A stretch of DNA of 34,317 nt from Pseudomonadota bacterium (GTDB lineage: Bacteria; Bdellovibrionota_B; Oligoflexia; Silvanigrellales; Silvanigrellaceae): assembly GCA_039799905.1 (NCBI GenBank), contig JBDLRP010000028.1, forward strand, positions 1-34,317. The letters run 5' to 3'. A model generated the notes under the pieces. It saw only the letters and a list, made by a program, of their open reading frames with translations. It had not been told where the DNA came from and searched no databases. Both the position numbers and the translations under genes were made by a program. Of this stretch, positions 33,749-34,317 are shown piece after piece. Within the stretch, counting starts at the first letter, position 1; each line of letters begins with the position of its first letter.

Positions 33749-34317
33749 TCAGAAGTTTGCAATCAGTCCGGTGTCAACGCAGGTCTTTGATGACCCGTTC
33801 AGATAGCACGCCATCACCGGATACGGTGGGCTTATACCGAATTTACAGACGAACACGGGTTCATTACTCGGATCAAATGCCAAGCGTGGAAATGAGTCTT
33901 GAATTCCATATATGTCGCGACATGCATTCGTTGGCGCGGTGTAGCTGCGCAGCGCAGGAAGCGGTGAAGGCCCCTGACCAGCACCTTGATTGATGACGTC
34001 CGCCTCGTCGGTGATCCTTCCATTGACGAGTATTTTCTTGGTGTAGAAACACGATTTGGCGTCGAATGAATTCCGGCAGACGATAATCGGCTTGCCAGCG
34101 CTGAATGCTCTGTCCCAGCAGCTGAAGTAGGGTATGTTGTCGCCGCTGATTCCGAGTTGTGGAAATGAATCGTTGACACCGATTGCGGTTTGACAGGCAT
34201 TGATCGGTGCAATCATAGAATATCCGTTCGACGGCTGTGCCGGAGGCGGTTGTCCGCTGCCTCCAGAATTCGGCGGCGGAGGTGGCGGTTGCTGTCCACC
34301 CGATTTGCCGTAAATGC
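33749..34317 (-). CDS. C-terminal part of an exported-type protein with a Pro-rich linker and two four-Cys repeats (5'-truncated)
   Basis: The frame of ORF 33749..34216 is open to the window end (IYGKSGGQQPPPPPPNSGGSGQPPPAQPSNGYSM...). Repeat APINAC..AIGVNDSFPQL / APTNAC.DIYGIQDSFPRL. Confidence 0.8.
   Translation of the reverse strand, partial: IYGKSGGQQPPPPPPNSGGSGQPPPAQPSNGYSMIAPINACQTAIGVNDSFPQLGISGDNIPYFSCWDRAFSAGKPIIVCRNSFDAKSCFYTKKILVNGRITDEADVINQGAGQGPSPLPALRSYTAPTNACRDIYGIQDSFPRLAFDPSNEPVFVCKFGISPPYPVMACYLNGSSKTCVDTGLIANF

Noticed and set aside
18..34212. Numerous short alternative-frame and antisense ORFs in the supplied track (e.g. 1086..1556, 2237..2665, 18934..19455, 27914..28438)
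   Set aside because: They overlap well-supported genes and lack recognisable motifs; they are expected shadow ORFs.
1..34317. CRISPR arrays, tRNA/rRNA, IS elements, integrases, prophage or known defence systems
   Set aside because: By eye I found no spaced direct repeats, cloverleaf or rRNA-like segments, or transposase/integrase/phage/defence motifs.

Overview
A 34.3 kb, gene-dense, moderately GC-rich bacterial chromosomal segment with about 31 CDS. I see no rRNA, tRNA, CRISPR array, transposase, integrase or phage genes. Conserved genes are thyA, a folA-GNAT fusion, a GT2 glycosyltransferase with GtrA, DUF423, an FklB-type FKBP, sohB, two LemA loci (TPM-LemA-TPM and LemA-M48), an NTF2/SnoaL protein and a START protein. 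They are interleaved with about 12 predicted, often Cys-rich lipoproteins and several exported hydrolases (S1 protease, metzincin, a highly divergent S1-like protein, a 3D-domain peptidoglycan enzyme). There are also three orphan beta-barrel-like proteins, an 8-repeat Ig-like lipoprotein and a 1740-aa Ser/Thr kinase-NTPase-TPR-GAF-PP2C signalling protein. This content and recurring sigma28-like promoters resemble Bdellovibrionota (Oligoflexia/Silvanigrellales-like) genomes; that is inference. The most unusual signals are: a lipoprotein-anchored, stand-alone IucA/IucC (NIS-synthetase-like) enzyme; the DHFR-acetyltransferase fusion; a cryptic trypsin-fold protein with large insertions; and an SD-sequestering pseudoknot or switch upstream of a small c-type cytochrome.
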